From assembly GCA_964434285.1 (NCBI GenBank), contig CAYSUJ010000003.1, forward strand, positions 20,992-84,991: DNA of 64,000 bases. The letters are read 5' to 3'. The position numbers were made by a program, and so were the translations under genes. The notes below the pieces were generated by a model. The model searched no databases and had not been told where the DNA came from. It saw only the letters and a program-made list of their open reading frames with translations. Positions 36,501-45,172 of this stretch are shown piece by piece (the stretch's first letter is position 1; each line of letters starts with the position of its first letter). Origin of the DNA: an uncultured Candidatus Saccharibacteria bacterium (GTDB lineage Bacteria > Patescibacteriota > Minisyncoccia > Phycocordibacterales > UBA2100).

Positions 36501-36972
36501 CGGCGACAAAAATAATCAGTGCAAAAATTATCGCTCCCACACCGGCTAAGACGGCAATGAGATTCTGGTAATGATTGCTTTCTTTGAAATCAAGAGCGCC
36601 GAGCGACAGCCCGAAATGAGGCCACCACGAGTCCGGAGTGTGAGAAAGGCCGGAGAGTACAAGTATTGGTACAAGCACAGTAATCAAAGACTTCCACGAT
36701 GGGGTGTAGATTTGTTCAATCCAGCGCGTGAAAAAAGATTTGGGCGAGGTCTTACACGAGCGCTCTATTTCTTGCCTGACCAGGACGGATAGGAGATTTG
36801 TATTACTGCCTCTCTGCGTGTGCCAAAATGACCAGACGGCAAGAGCGGCTACTGTAAGCGCCAAGACAAGCCAAAGATGGTTAGGACTGCTTAGGAAAAC
36901 GCAAAAGCTGGCGGCGGCCGCAATAATCAAGAAGGGCGTGAGCCAGATTTTGTTACAGAAATAACATTTCAT
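33556..36972 (-). CDS. Large hypothetical membrane-anchored protein (1138 aa)
   Basis: The N-terminal ~230 aa have 5-6 TM helices. They are followed by ~900 aa of soluble, partly coiled-coil sequence with no recognisable Walker, nuclease or other catalytic motif. Confidence 0.6.
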   Translation of the reverse strand: MKCYFCNKIWLTPFLIIAAAASFCVFLSSPNHLWLVLALTVAALAVWSFWHTQRGSNTNLLSVLVRQEIERSCKTSPKSFFTRWIEQIYTPSWKSLITVLVPILVLSGLSHTPDSWWPHFGLSLGALDFKESNHYQNLIAVLAGVGAIIFALIIFVAESVRDDETKDRARVYLRESMLFPLTVGEILVFLNFIWFDVNAWSAVLVFLVGIFTIISLWRLVNILLSKVLFYEKRMRLLKDRIEQSIDLGMNERYADNLLIQRLGENKIELTYNPFLMSDEEETHHAFSADTAGVVKDIRLDKLDEFAKLAESEANKNGFSFYKDKPRPPTLSAGDPASTPSSSATRNYTTVRQFLVKKYADRVEFKDRDESGNMILLAVEKRSVTDKGVLKKLQKLAQEAFIIGKEDNFSEEVNLELAGLKDQFITAIVEKKLGKIDDLRKTYLSLSESFLEMITRCGGGFSYDQAKQERGNLFGGQLNIGWLEDSIQDIVEKAVESRDREIISTVIYLPMAIATRAIKYGDQYLYQVFVRFPSRVYWLATTTEGLAPSLREFMIDRSWRHLKEITDYYIENQLTRKIGDAKKLTEYADFSIPVFQTFQDLIKTAFDKRDRDSFKEFLSQLNTLYRHLIRDQEFSRYSEYDLESARTDEEKKILQEKLDLQKARQDATEKIQRRKQQLVFGMATWIFEMVRLHQNDTELRAYYNDIKNYLPHEIKELTTLYSSARDFDVERFWNWDNWELIPDGEVHTIDFNSKLDRLYAVNALTLLRGVTSDNVDTIELPHNRDLAFLAEQRDGALWKLLTDIETSPTNWEFILDTVALSKTGILKTLLTKAKDAQEKDEEERVKRTDIDPEKLAEFKKSFLDAFHDGSVIRSIITRAGTYVDRTDTANAEVKAYGYNQLDEKAAFIKNWHVHYAGWGENYGNGMASSESQIIFRDILEGLETKETIPKNDIVPAVERAILTLDDENLIVIESLDHMFEYDGGIRRSEAFIPRWDHRNRPKSSFDEDRWCDGYFKIGEKYVPIFRVFTNDADVKNFLVVTSLKELGELVQYAPTNDTQDKTHREEIFELKVTDLNKDDAARAKLISQDPAWLREYADKEGYLRRRVLINIYEKVQFVFKNKAAAIKLFVSDLPLQEEG

Positions 36973-37134
36973 GGGCTCAGATATTACTCCTCAGATCGTC
37001 CATAATTACTTCATATTACGCTTTTCCTATCGAGGAGCCAGTTTCCCAAAAACACCTAATTTACCCTCGCTGCAGGGCATCAACAGCGCATCGGAAGGGT
37101 ATGCGTCGGCATACCTCCGATAAAAAATACTTCG

Positions 37135-37221
37135 GGCGGAGGGTGAGAGATTCGAACTCTCGGTGGGTTACCCCACGCTCGCTTTCCAAGCGAGTGCACT
37201 AGACCACTATGCGAACCCTCC
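37135..37221 (-). tRNA. tRNA-Ser(GGA)
   Basis: Manual fold of the reverse complement. Acceptor GGAGGGU/ACCCUCC, U8, 3-bp D-stem with a GG-containing D-loop, anticodon stem CUCGC/GCGAG with loop UUGGAAA (anticodon GGA). Long variable arm GUGGGGUAACCCAC, T-arm GAGAG-UUCGAAU-CUCUC, discriminator G. CCA is not fully encoded (CCC). Confidence 0.85.
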
Positions 37222-37283
37222 CGACAAATTGCCTGGATAGTATAGGCTGAATGAGGCGCATTTTCCAATGGTGTGTTTCAACG

Positions 37284-37832
37284 TCATTCGTTTTCCGTAG
37301 GTTTATCTGCTCGTCGCATGCGCCTCTCGTTCTGGCGTTCGTGCCAGCGACGTCGCCGACTTTGAAGTGACTCCCTGAGGGCACTTTTACGCGCGCGCAT
37401 TTTCTGTTGTTCTTTGATAAACTCAGCCCGAAATCTTGCCTCCAATACCGCCGCCTTCTTGGACGCCTTCCAACCAAAATAACTTAACACCCCATCTACA
37501 GCGACGACCACGACGCACGCATAAACGAGCACACCCATTTCGAAGCGTGGAGCGAGCAAAAACGTTGGTATAAAACTTATCATCCCCACGACTACATCAA
37601 GTGTACGGTTCCAACGCGTTTCTTCGATTTCTGCAATGACCTCGAACATTTCGTACGCAACAAAGAGCAAAAACGCGATGATACATGCGGCAGCAGGTTC
37701 GAACCGAAATAAATAGAGTGCGAAACCCACGCTCATGCCCGAAAGAAAATGAGGAACGCTCCAGAGGTCGAGATACTTCCCTTCTCGCCAGATATCGGTT
37801 CGAACGAATCGGCCATCCCGGGTGAAATACAT
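37284..37832 (-). CDS. Hypothetical membrane protein with basic C-terminal tail
   Basis: Four TM helices followed by an Arg/Lys/Glu-rich tail. No family recognised. Confidence 0.45.
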   Translation of the reverse strand: MYFTRDGRFVRTDIWREGKYLDLWSVPHFLSGMSVGFALYLFRFEPAAACIIAFLLFVAYEMFEVIAEIEETRWNRTLDVVVGMISFIPTFLLAPRFEMGVLVYACVVVVAVDGVLSYFGWKASKKAAVLEARFRAEFIKEQQKMRARKSALRESLQSRRRRWHERQNERRMRRADKPTENE

Positions 37833-37834
37833 AA

Positions 37835-38728
37835 TTACACCCTCATTTGTGAAAGTGCGCTAATGCGTTCCTCGACGGGTGGGTGTGTCGCGAAAAGCTT
37901 TGCGACGAAGCGTCCCATGTCGTGTGCACCAAAGGGGTTTGAAATGAAGAGGTGCGCAGTTGCGTGGTTCGCACGCTGCATAGGTGCCTCGTATGAAGAG
38001 ATCTTCGCGAGTGCGGAGGCGAGTGCGTCCGGATAGCGAGTGAGAAGCGCACCCGAGGCGTCTGCTAGGAATTCCCGCCTACGAGAAATGGCGAGCTGAA
38101 TGAGCTGTGCGGCTATAGGCGCGAGGAGAATCCCCACGAATCCGACGACCATCACGATGGCGTTCGCACGACCGTCCCTGTTCCCTCCTCCATAAAACGA
38201 AACACGGAGGAAGAGATCTGCTAACATCGCGATAAAACCGGCAAGCACGACCGCAACCGTCATCACGAGGATGTCCCTGTTCCCGATATGCGCGAGCTCG
38301 TGCGCGATGACGCCCTCGAGTTCACTTCTGTCGAGTCTCTCGAGAAGGCCGGTTGTTACCGCGACGACGGAGTGCTTCGGATTCCTCCCTGTAGCAAAGG
38401 CGTTTGGCGCTGGGTCATTCACGATATAGACGCGAGGCTTCGGAAGGCCTGCGGTGATTGCGAGATTCTCCACAATACGATGTAATTCACGATATGTATT
38501 TACATCAGCCTCCACCGCACCTGTCGAGGAAAGGGCTACTTTGTCGGAAAACCAATAGGCGGACACATTCATAAAGAGCGAGAACGCGACAGCGACCCAG
38601 AGGATGCCGGGCTCACGCAGATACCACGCGGTCACATAGCCGATAGCTATGACGAGCACGAAAAAGCCCGTCATGAGGAGCCACGTGCGGCGTATATTAG
38701 CGGCCTGGTGAGTATACAGACTAGCCAT
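37835..38728 (-). CDS. htpX: Zinc metalloprotease HtpX (peptidase M48)
   Basis: HELAHIGNRD is the HExxH zinc site. The M48/HtpX TM topology is present, with a distal Glu in the EFxAD-like region. Confidence 0.8.
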   Translation of the reverse strand: MASLYTHQAANIRRTWLLMTGFFVLVIAIGYVTAWYLREPGILWVAVAFSLFMNVSAYWFSDKVALSSTGAVEADVNTYRELHRIVENLAITAGLPKPRVYIVNDPAPNAFATGRNPKHSVVAVTTGLLERLDRSELEGVIAHELAHIGNRDILVMTVAVVLAGFIAMLADLFLRVSFYGGGNRDGRANAIVMVVGFVGILLAPIAAQLIQLAISRRREFLADASGALLTRYPDALASALAKISSYEAPMQRANHATAHLFISNPFGAHDMGRFVAKLFATHPPVEERISALSQMRV

Positions 38729-38775
38729 AAGTAGGGTATGGGGTTCAGGGTATAGCGTGTAGGAGTAAATGCAAG

Positions 38776-39087
38776 CTAGCGCTTGATGTCGAGAGAAGCG
38801 ATAAGCTTATTGAGAACACGCATGACCTCAGAGAGTTTTTCTTCACTCGCCGAGATGTGAGCGGTATCCACATACGATAAATCCCTCAGAAGTACGAAAT
38901 ACGTCTCTAGTTCCGCCCCGGAACCATAAGCAATGCGAAGAAATTGGACGTATTCAGCCCGATGTCCGCGAGAATATCCTTCCGCAATATTCGCTGGTAT
39001 GGAAACTGATGCGCGACGCATCTGACTCGTGAGCCCGAACATTTCTGCCTTCGGGAATTTCTCCGTGAGGTGATAGACATCTTTCAC
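38776..39087 (-). CDS. Four-helix-bundle protein (family commonly encoded in 23S rRNA intervening sequences)
   Basis: The MRRASVSIPANIAEGYSRGHRAEYVQFLRIAYGSGAELETY block matches the TIGR02436 four-helix-bundle family. Confidence 0.75.
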   Translation of the reverse strand: MKDVYHLTEKFPKAEMFGLTSQMRRASVSIPANIAEGYSRGHRAEYVQFLRIAYGSGAELETYFVLLRDLSYVDTAHISASEEKLSEVMRVLNKLIASLDIKR

Positions 39088-39170
39088 TAATCTAATACCC
39101 TTCTGCCATACAATGAGGTCCCGATACGATTACATGGTATTCCTATACCCTAAACCTTATTGACTACACC

Positions 39171-39731
39171 CTAAAAGGACACCTTGACCGGTTCTTTCGC
39201 AGCCTGTTCGTTCTCGGCGAGCGTGAAGAAATCGCTCGGCTTGAAGCCGAATGCGGAGCCGATGACGTTCGAAGGAAACTGCTCGAGAGCGTTTTTCAAC
39301 TCCTGCACGACAGAGTTATAGAAACGGCGCGCTGCTTGTAGTTTGTTTTCAGTATCAGAAAGCTCGCGCTGAAGCTCGAGGAAGTTGGTGTTTGCCTTGA
39401 GATCTGGATAGCTTTCGGAAACGGCAAAAAGCGATTTGAGCGCGCCAGAGAGCATGTTCTCTGCCGCTGAATGTTCTTCGACGGTTCCCGCATTCATCGC
39501 ACGCGTGCGCATCTCCGTCACCTTCGCGAGCGTGTCTTTCTCGTGCGTCGCATAGCCCTTCACTGTTTCCACGATATTTGGAATGAGGTCGTAGCGACGT
39601 TTGAGCTGGACATCAATGTCCGCCCAGGCTTCCTGCACACGATTAGTAAGCGCAACCAGACGGTTGTAGCCGAGGATCGCCCAAACGATGGCCGCGGCAA
39701 CGACGCCCAAAATGATGTAAAGAGTAGTCAT
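39171..39731 (-). CDS. LemA family protein
   Basis: N-terminal TM helix and the characteristic YNRLVALTNRVQEAWADIDVQLKRRYDLIPNIVETVKGYATHEKDTL. Confidence 0.8.
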   Translation of the reverse strand: MTTLYIILGVVAAAIVWAILGYNRLVALTNRVQEAWADIDVQLKRRYDLIPNIVETVKGYATHEKDTLAKVTEMRTRAMNAGTVEEHSAAENMLSGALKSLFAVSESYPDLKANTNFLELQRELSDTENKLQAARRFYNSVVQELKNALEQFPSNVIGSAFGFKPSDFFTLAENEQAAKEPVKVSF

Positions 39732-39759
39732 GCGATCATGCTAGCACACCCGCCCCTTG

Positions 39760-42657
39760 TTACAACCCGCCCGGCGGGGTGGTACAGCCTGCCGGATTCG
39801 GTTCCGCTTCACAGAGACACTGTATAAACGAGTTCATAGATTGATGCGGATCACAGGTTCGGATGTCGACGGGTTTTATGCCCGAATCACCACCATTCGC
39901 TACTTCATTGCCAGTCGCTCTCATTGCTGTTGATGCACGTCCCGAATTTGAAAAGAGTGGAGGAGTGGTTGAGGCACTTCCCTCGACAAGCACCTCAGCC
40001 TCATTCAAAAATTTGTCTGCCCCTCCCTGAATATTACAAATGACCCCAAAACGGGTAGTCTCGAAAAGTGCCGCAGATGTAATTTCACCGCTCACGCCAC
40101 GTGAAATCACGTTCAGAGTAGAATCAACGATCGCACATGATTCAGCTCCGATACTTGACCATGCAATCTTCGTTACTCCTCCCGAGCTGAGCAGAGAAGG
40201 ATTTGCCGTGACGGTAGCCGTTGCGACCACTGCTCCCGAACTCTGTAGCGCCGAGGATGCTGGGTTATTGGAGTTCTCTGACATGAACAGCGTCGACAGG
40301 CTCTGAATGAGCGTGCGTATAAAGCCAATACCCATCTGTGCAAAGCCTTGATTGCCGGAAGAAAGAATAGTACCTGGTGAGCCGTCCGAGGAGCGACTCG
40401 GCAGAGGAGAACCGTTGCCACTGGCCGGCACCATTGATGTTGTTTGGGGCGGTGGCGTTGGGGAAACTGGAGGAGTCGTTATCTCCGGCGACATGGGGGC
40501 GCGCGGACGTTCAAGTGTTAGCTCTGTCTGTACGGTTGGAATTTGCGTTTCCGGTGGAACACCAGACCCAAACGTATACCAGAGTACACTGCGAACAACC
40601 TCGACCGCTTCAGCAAATACGCCTGGGGTACTGCTTGTCACGGTCACACCCGACGGCGAGATAACCGCCGGCGGATTCGGGGACGTTTCAAATACGGTAT
40701 CACTACCGTTTCGTTTAAGCACATTGTCGCCGAGCCGGTTTGCAACTTCTCGAACTCGTTCTACGACCGATGAAGCCACTGAGCTCAAGCCAGAGAGCAA
40801 GTTGCTCGACGGCAGCGGCTGCCGAATCGTTGCTCCACCGTGTATCCACGTGCTTGGCGCAAGTACATCAATAATGTGCCCGGGTCCGAAAGTAAACGGT
40901 GTGTCGACGACGCGCACCAGCGGTTGATTTTGTGACGAAATATCGGGAGGTACCATGGTCCCGGCAAACATACCAATTCTTGCACGCGCTTCTAACTCCC
41001 CGAGAGCTGCGAGGCGGGCCTCGGCCACATCGACGGCCCGCTGCTCAGGAGAAAAGCTTATTAATCGATCCACCATCTCCATTAAGCCGAGTGACGAAGT
41101 TAAATAGGCACGCTCCCGTTCTTGCCGCGCAATCGCGAGATCCTCTTGTAATAACACACGCACCACCTGAACCTCTTCAGATCCGGGGGCGAGACGCCCA
41201 CCCTCAAGCCCAGCAAACGCTGCTTCAATCGCAAGTGTGCGCGCACGGGCATATGCGTTCAATGGCGTATACCCCGCTTGAAGCGAATCATTATATGTCG
41301 AAACGATTCCCGGACTCCATGAATCGGGTATGTGCAGAGGTACGGCATTTCCCGCATTGAGTGCGCTCGAAAACCGGTACACATCAGAGAGAGGTTCGGC
41401 TGGAAGCCGCCAGTACGGATCAAGTTGATCAAGAATACCACCCTCCGACCCAACTGGTTCGCCGCGACGATCTTCAACATTAGTCGAACTTCGATTTGTA
41501 TTATCTTGCAGGGTAAATGAGGGTATTCCACCATTTCCTATCTCGCCTCGATACAGCTGAGATAATTCATCAAGTTCACCCTGAATGGGTTCTCGCTGAA
41601 TGCTGCTATAAACTTCGCGAATTTTCTCTGGATCGGCTGGTTCCAGCGAACCGTCCGGTTGTTGAACGTAGAAGCGCCACTCCCCATTTTCATTGCGCAC
41701 TACAATTGGTTTTCCATCTATCAGCGCCGTACGCGGTGCAGAGAGCCGAGGCGCTTCACGCACACGCCTCTCGCCGGGTTGCAATGATGCAGAAACCGCT
41801 GTGGGGGTCGGATTGCCTACAGAAGAAGCTGCACCATCGTTGGACCCCACAAGTAGGTTGCCAACAAGCCCGGAAAGCATATTCGAAAGCAGGGATGTGA
41901 ACAGATTCTGCGAAAATGAACCAGGCGTACTGCCCCTATTGGTGAGCGGCGATTGGAACGTTGAACCTGGGTACGCCCACAAGCCGTGACCCACTGTGGA
42001 GTTCGTCGGGGCGCCCGGTGTTGATCCCGTGCCAGGCGACACACTACCGACCGACGTTGGTGTAAACGTTGTTCCACCACCTGCACCTGGTATCGCGTGA
42101 GGTACAGGTGTTATCGTTTGGTTTTGTTCAACAACGACTGGCGGCAGCATGCTCGGAGCTGCGGGATCAGTAGCTCCTCCGGAACTTGCAGCGGGTGTCG
42201 ACACTGGCACACTCGGTGAAATGAGAGGATTGCCGCCAGAAGGCAATGGACCACTCGTACCTTCTCCACCACTAGCTGAGCTACCAGTGCCACTCGTCGC
42301 ATCAACCGATGTTCCTACATTAGGAATTGCTGAGACCCCAGATTGCGTAGGTTGATCTGGCAGCCCTTCAAGGGACTTACCATCACAACCCGTTTTGGCA
42401 ACACAAATACCCTTTTGACAGTAAGAAATGGCGACGCCATTTTCTACCCCCTCACATCCCTCGGTAGTTCGCAAACACTCGCCCCCTTCCGGTATCGGAT
42501 TATACAAATTATTTATCCCTATGCCTGCCTGGCAACGCCTATTCGCAACTTGCTGCGGACTGAAATTGTTAAGCGGCTCAGCAAATACGGCACCTGGCAA
42601 AAGTGCCAACATGGAGAATAAAACGAATCGAGCCATTCCAATAATTATACGAGACAC
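39760..42657 (-). CDS. Large secreted low-complexity (Gly/Ser/Thr/Pro-rich) cell-surface protein
   Basis: Signal peptide. N-terminal Cys-rich module (eight Cys in ~70 aa). About 250 aa of S/G/T/P low complexity, a structured middle region, and a Cys-containing C-terminus (CDPHQSMNSFIQCLCEAEPNPAGC). Confidence 0.6.
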   Translation of the reverse strand: MSRIIIGMARFVLFSMLALLPGAVFAEPLNNFSPQQVANRRCQAGIGINNLYNPIPEGGECLRTTEGCEGVENGVAISYCQKGICVAKTGCDGKSLEGLPDQPTQSGVSAIPNVGTSVDATSGTGSSASGGEGTSGPLPSGGNPLISPSVPVSTPAASSGGATDPAAPSMLPPVVVEQNQTITPVPHAIPGAGGGTTFTPTSVGSVSPGTGSTPGAPTNSTVGHGLWAYPGSTFQSPLTNRGSTPGSFSQNLFTSLLSNMLSGLVGNLLVGSNDGAASSVGNPTPTAVSASLQPGERRVREAPRLSAPRTALIDGKPIVVRNENGEWRFYVQQPDGSLEPADPEKIREVYSSIQREPIQGELDELSQLYRGEIGNGGIPSFTLQDNTNRSSTNVEDRRGEPVGSEGGILDQLDPYWRLPAEPLSDVYRFSSALNAGNAVPLHIPDSWSPGIVSTYNDSLQAGYTPLNAYARARTLAIEAAFAGLEGGRLAPGSEEVQVVRVLLQEDLAIARQERERAYLTSSLGLMEMVDRLISFSPEQRAVDVAEARLAALGELEARARIGMFAGTMVPPDISSQNQPLVRVVDTPFTFGPGHIIDVLAPSTWIHGGATIRQPLPSSNLLSGLSSVASSVVERVREVANRLGDNVLKRNGSDTVFETSPNPPAVISPSGVTVTSSTPGVFAEAVEVVRSVLWYTFGSGVPPETQIPTVQTELTLERPRAPMSPEITTPPVSPTPPPQTTSMVPASGNGSPLPSRSSDGSPGTILSSGNQGFAQMGIGFIRTLIQSLSTLFMSENSNNPASSALQSSGAVVATATVTANPSLLSSGGVTKIAWSSIGAESCAIVDSTLNVISRGVSGEITSAALFETTRFGVICNIQGGADKFLNEAEVLVEGSASTTPPLFSNSGRASTAMRATGNEVANGGDSGIKPVDIRTCDPHQSMNSFIQCLCEAEPNPAGCTTPPGGL

Positions 42658-42716
42658 AGCCGCCCTCTCGGCGGCTGTGTCGATGATTGTGTTGAGAACG
42701 CGAATCTCCGTGACCT

Positions 42717-44369
42717 TTACATGTCATCCATGCCCATCCCACCTCCGCCCATGGCGGGTGCTTCCTTCTTTTCCTCAGGCTCATCTGCAACTGCGGCTTC
42801 TGTTGTAAGAAGCACGGCTGCAGCAGACGCTGCGTTTGCAACGCCAGAGCGCGTGACCTTCACAGGATCAATAATGCCCGCCTCGAAGAGGTCAATAATT
42901 GCAGCCTCTTCATTCTCACTCGCAGCGTCGAATCCAAACGCTCCGCCTTTCTTTACGATCTCTTGCAATAGGACCGGGCCATCCTCCCTGCCGCAGTTTT
43001 TTGCGATTTGGAGAAACGGTGCTGAGAGCGCGGCGACGAGGATGCGATACCCTATCGTGTATTCATCGTGTGTTTTTGGATCAACCTTCTTGCCAAGCTT
43101 TTCACCCACCTTAGCGAGCGCGGCACCACCACCGGGAACCACCCCTTCTGCGATGGCGGCCTTCGTGGCGTTCACGGCATCCTCAATCTTATCCTTCAGA
43201 TATTTCATTTCAGTTTCCGTCGCGGCACCAACCCTGATAACCGCAACGCCGCCGGAGAGCTTTGCCACACGCTCATCGAGTTTCTCGCGGTCAAATTTTG
43301 AATCGGTGTTTTCAGCTTGCTTGCGGAGTTGAGAGACGCGCGCCTCAATGTCGGCCTTCTTACCCTTGCCGCCAACAATGACTGTTGAATCCTTCGTGGC
43401 AACAATGCGCTGCGCCTTCCCTAACATGCTCACGTCTGCGTTTTCGAGCTTAATGCCCAAATCTTCGGAAACAACCTGCGCGCCGACCGTAATTGCGATA
43501 TCCTGAAGCATCTCTTTCTTACGATCGCCATAACCAGGAGCCTTCACGGCAAGGACGTTAAATGCTCCGCGAAGCTTGTTCACCACGAATGTTGCGAGCG
43601 CTTCGCCGTCAACATCATCGGCAACAATGACAAGGTCTTTCTTGCCACTCTGTGCGAGCTTCTCCAAGAGCGGAAGAATTTCCTTGATGGTTGAGATCTT
43701 TTTGTCTGTCAATAACACGGGCACGTCTTTTGCAACCGCCTCCATGCGCTCTGCGTTCGAAATCATGTACGGCGATACGTACCCTTTATCAAACTCGAGT
43801 CCCTCCACGTAGTCGGTCTCAATACCAATCGACTGCGATTCTTCGACTGTCACGACACCGTCCTTGCCAACCTTTTCGACAACGTCAGCGATCTTTTCGC
43901 CGAGTTCTGTATTTTCTGCAGAAATGGATGCGACATACTGGATGTCTTTCTTCCCCTTCACCTCTCGCGCCATTTTCTTGAGTTCTGCAACAGCGTCATT
44001 CGCCGCAGCTTCAATACCGCGACGGATCATCATCGCATTCGCACCCATCGCCGTCCGCTTCAATCCCTCGTGAACTAAGGCCTGGGTGAGAACGACCGCC
44101 GTCGTGGTTCCATCACCCGCCTTGTCATTGGTTTTCGTCGCCACCTCCTTCACGATGCCTGCGCCCATGTTTTCAAACTTATCCTTCAATGTGATTTCTT
44201 TTGCGATAGAAACGCCATCGTTCGTGATGGTTGGACCTCCCCAGGATCGATCGATGGCCACATTTCTACCACGCGGCCCAAGCGTGACGCGAACGGCCCC
44301 AGCAACAACATCAACGCCACGCTTCAGGGCGTTGCGGACATCAGAATCGAAAATAACCATTTTTGCCAT
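42717..44369 (-). CDS. groL: Chaperonin GroEL
   Basis: Full-length Cpn60. Motifs AAVEEGIVPGGG-like (VVPGGGAAL) and the C-terminal GGM repeat tail (GGGGMGMDDM). Confidence 0.95.
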   Translation of the reverse strand: MAKMVIFDSDVRNALKRGVDVVAGAVRVTLGPRGRNVAIDRSWGGPTITNDGVSIAKEITLKDKFENMGAGIVKEVATKTNDKAGDGTTTAVVLTQALVHEGLKRTAMGANAMMIRRGIEAAANDAVAELKKMAREVKGKKDIQYVASISAENTELGEKIADVVEKVGKDGVVTVEESQSIGIETDYVEGLEFDKGYVSPYMISNAERMEAVAKDVPVLLTDKKISTIKEILPLLEKLAQSGKKDLVIVADDVDGEALATFVVNKLRGAFNVLAVKAPGYGDRKKEMLQDIAITVGAQVVSEDLGIKLENADVSMLGKAQRIVATKDSTVIVGGKGKKADIEARVSQLRKQAENTDSKFDREKLDERVAKLSGGVAVIRVGAATETEMKYLKDKIEDAVNATKAAIAEGVVPGGGAALAKVGEKLGKKVDPKTHDEYTIGYRILVAALSAPFLQIAKNCGREDGPVLLQEIVKKGGAFGFDAASENEEAAIIDLFEAGIIDPVKVTRSGVANAASAAAVLLTTEAAVADEPEEKKEAPAMGGGGMGMDDM

Positions 44370-44433
44370 AGATTTGACTTTCTTAGTTGATATTTTTTAC
44401 TTTTTCAAGTCTGACTTGTACAAGTACAACACA

Positions 44434-44754
44434 TTAATTGATGACAGCAAGGATGTCTGACTCATGGATGAGGAAGTATTCAGCATCATCGCCTTCGAAT
44501 TTCACCTCATTGTCCCATCCGGCATTGAAGTAGACTTTCATGTTCTTTTTGACCGCCATGGGGATCACTTCGTTGTCGTCACCCACCTTCCCCGGACCGA
44601 CGGCGATAATCACGCCGCGCTTTGATTTTTCTTTCTGCGCCGTTTCAGGAATGTAGATTCCGCCCGGAGACTTAGTTGCCTCCTTATCTGCCCGCTTCAC
44701 CAAGACACGATCATGAAGCGGCTGAACCGATTGTACACCTGCATCTTTACTCAT
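44434..44754 (-). CDS. groS: Co-chaperonin GroES
   Basis: Cpn10 with the mobile loop (SPGGIYIPETAQEK) and a roof hairpin. It lies immediately upstream of groL. Confidence 0.9.
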   Translation of the reverse strand: MSKDAGVQSVQPLHDRVLVKRADKEATKSPGGIYIPETAQKEKSKRGVIIAVGPGKVGDDNEVIPMAVKKNMKVYFNAGWDNEVKFEGDDAEYFLIHESDILAVIN

Positions 44755-44776
44755 AGGAAAGAGTTATTAGTACTAA

Positions 44777-44806
44777 AAGCGGTCGCATTATACGTGATGA
44801 CGAAAC
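44777..44806 (-). promoter_or_regulatory. Putative sigma70 promoter of groES-groEL
   Basis: On the minus strand, TTGACG (-35), an 18-nt spacer and TATAAT (-10) lie about 25-55 nt upstream of the groES start. No CIRCE inverted repeat is evident. Confidence 0.45.
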
Positions 44807-44882
44807 CACACGTCAACGCCATTCTTGACACGGATTTTCTCCGTGGTATTATGTCTTCACGATTCTCTTTCCCTCTGATAGT

Positions 44883-45122
44883 ATGTCCCCCATGGAACTT
44901 TCGGCCCTCCTGCCGTACGTGCAGATAGCCCTCTCAGTCCTCCTCATGGTTGCAATACTCTTGCAGCGCACGGGAGCGTCACTTGGAGGAGCATTTGGAG
45001 CTGACAACTTCAGCACCGGTTTTCATACGCGCAGGGGTTTTGAGAAAGTCCTCTTCAACACCACGATCGTACTTGGTATACTGTTTGCACTCTCAGCGCT
45101 CGCGCACCTCTTTATCGGTTAA
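44883..45122 (+). CDS. secG: Preprotein translocase subunit SecG
   Basis: 79 aa with two TM helices and the LLQxxGxxLGGAFG motif between them. Confidence 0.55.
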   Translation: MSPMELSALLPYVQIALSVLLMVAILLQRTGASLGGAFGADNFSTGFHTRRGFEKVLFNTTIVLGILFALSALAHLFIG

Positions 45123-45172
45123 ACAGGCTGTAAGGCCTTTCGCGCGAGGCGGGTTATCTCGTCTCATACTCC

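Larger units (their letters stand above)
18190..37134. mobile_element. Putative integrative genomic island (~19 kb) abutting tRNA-Ser(GGA)
   Basis: GC drops abruptly at ~18.19 kb and returns to backbone level after 37.22 kb (by eye, ~38-50% inside versus ~57% outside). The region carries a large serine recombinase, an excisionase-type HTH, a ParB-N/DNA methyltransferase fusion and an Abi-like gene. The right end coincides with the 3' end of tRNA-Ser. No att direct repeat was identified by eye. Confidence 0.55.

Noticed and set aside
39760-42657. Numerous 60-190-aa ORFs on both strands within the large secreted-protein gene (e.g. 40352..40927+, 40899..41360+, 41517..41900+)
   Set aside because: They lie inside a single long coherent minus-strand ORF with a signal peptide. 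The high GC generates long shadow ORFs.
44755-44882. CIRCE (HrcA) operator upstream of groES
   Set aside because: I expected TTAGCACTC-N9-GAGTGCTAA. Only a weak TTAGTACTAA half-like sequence is present, so it is not called.
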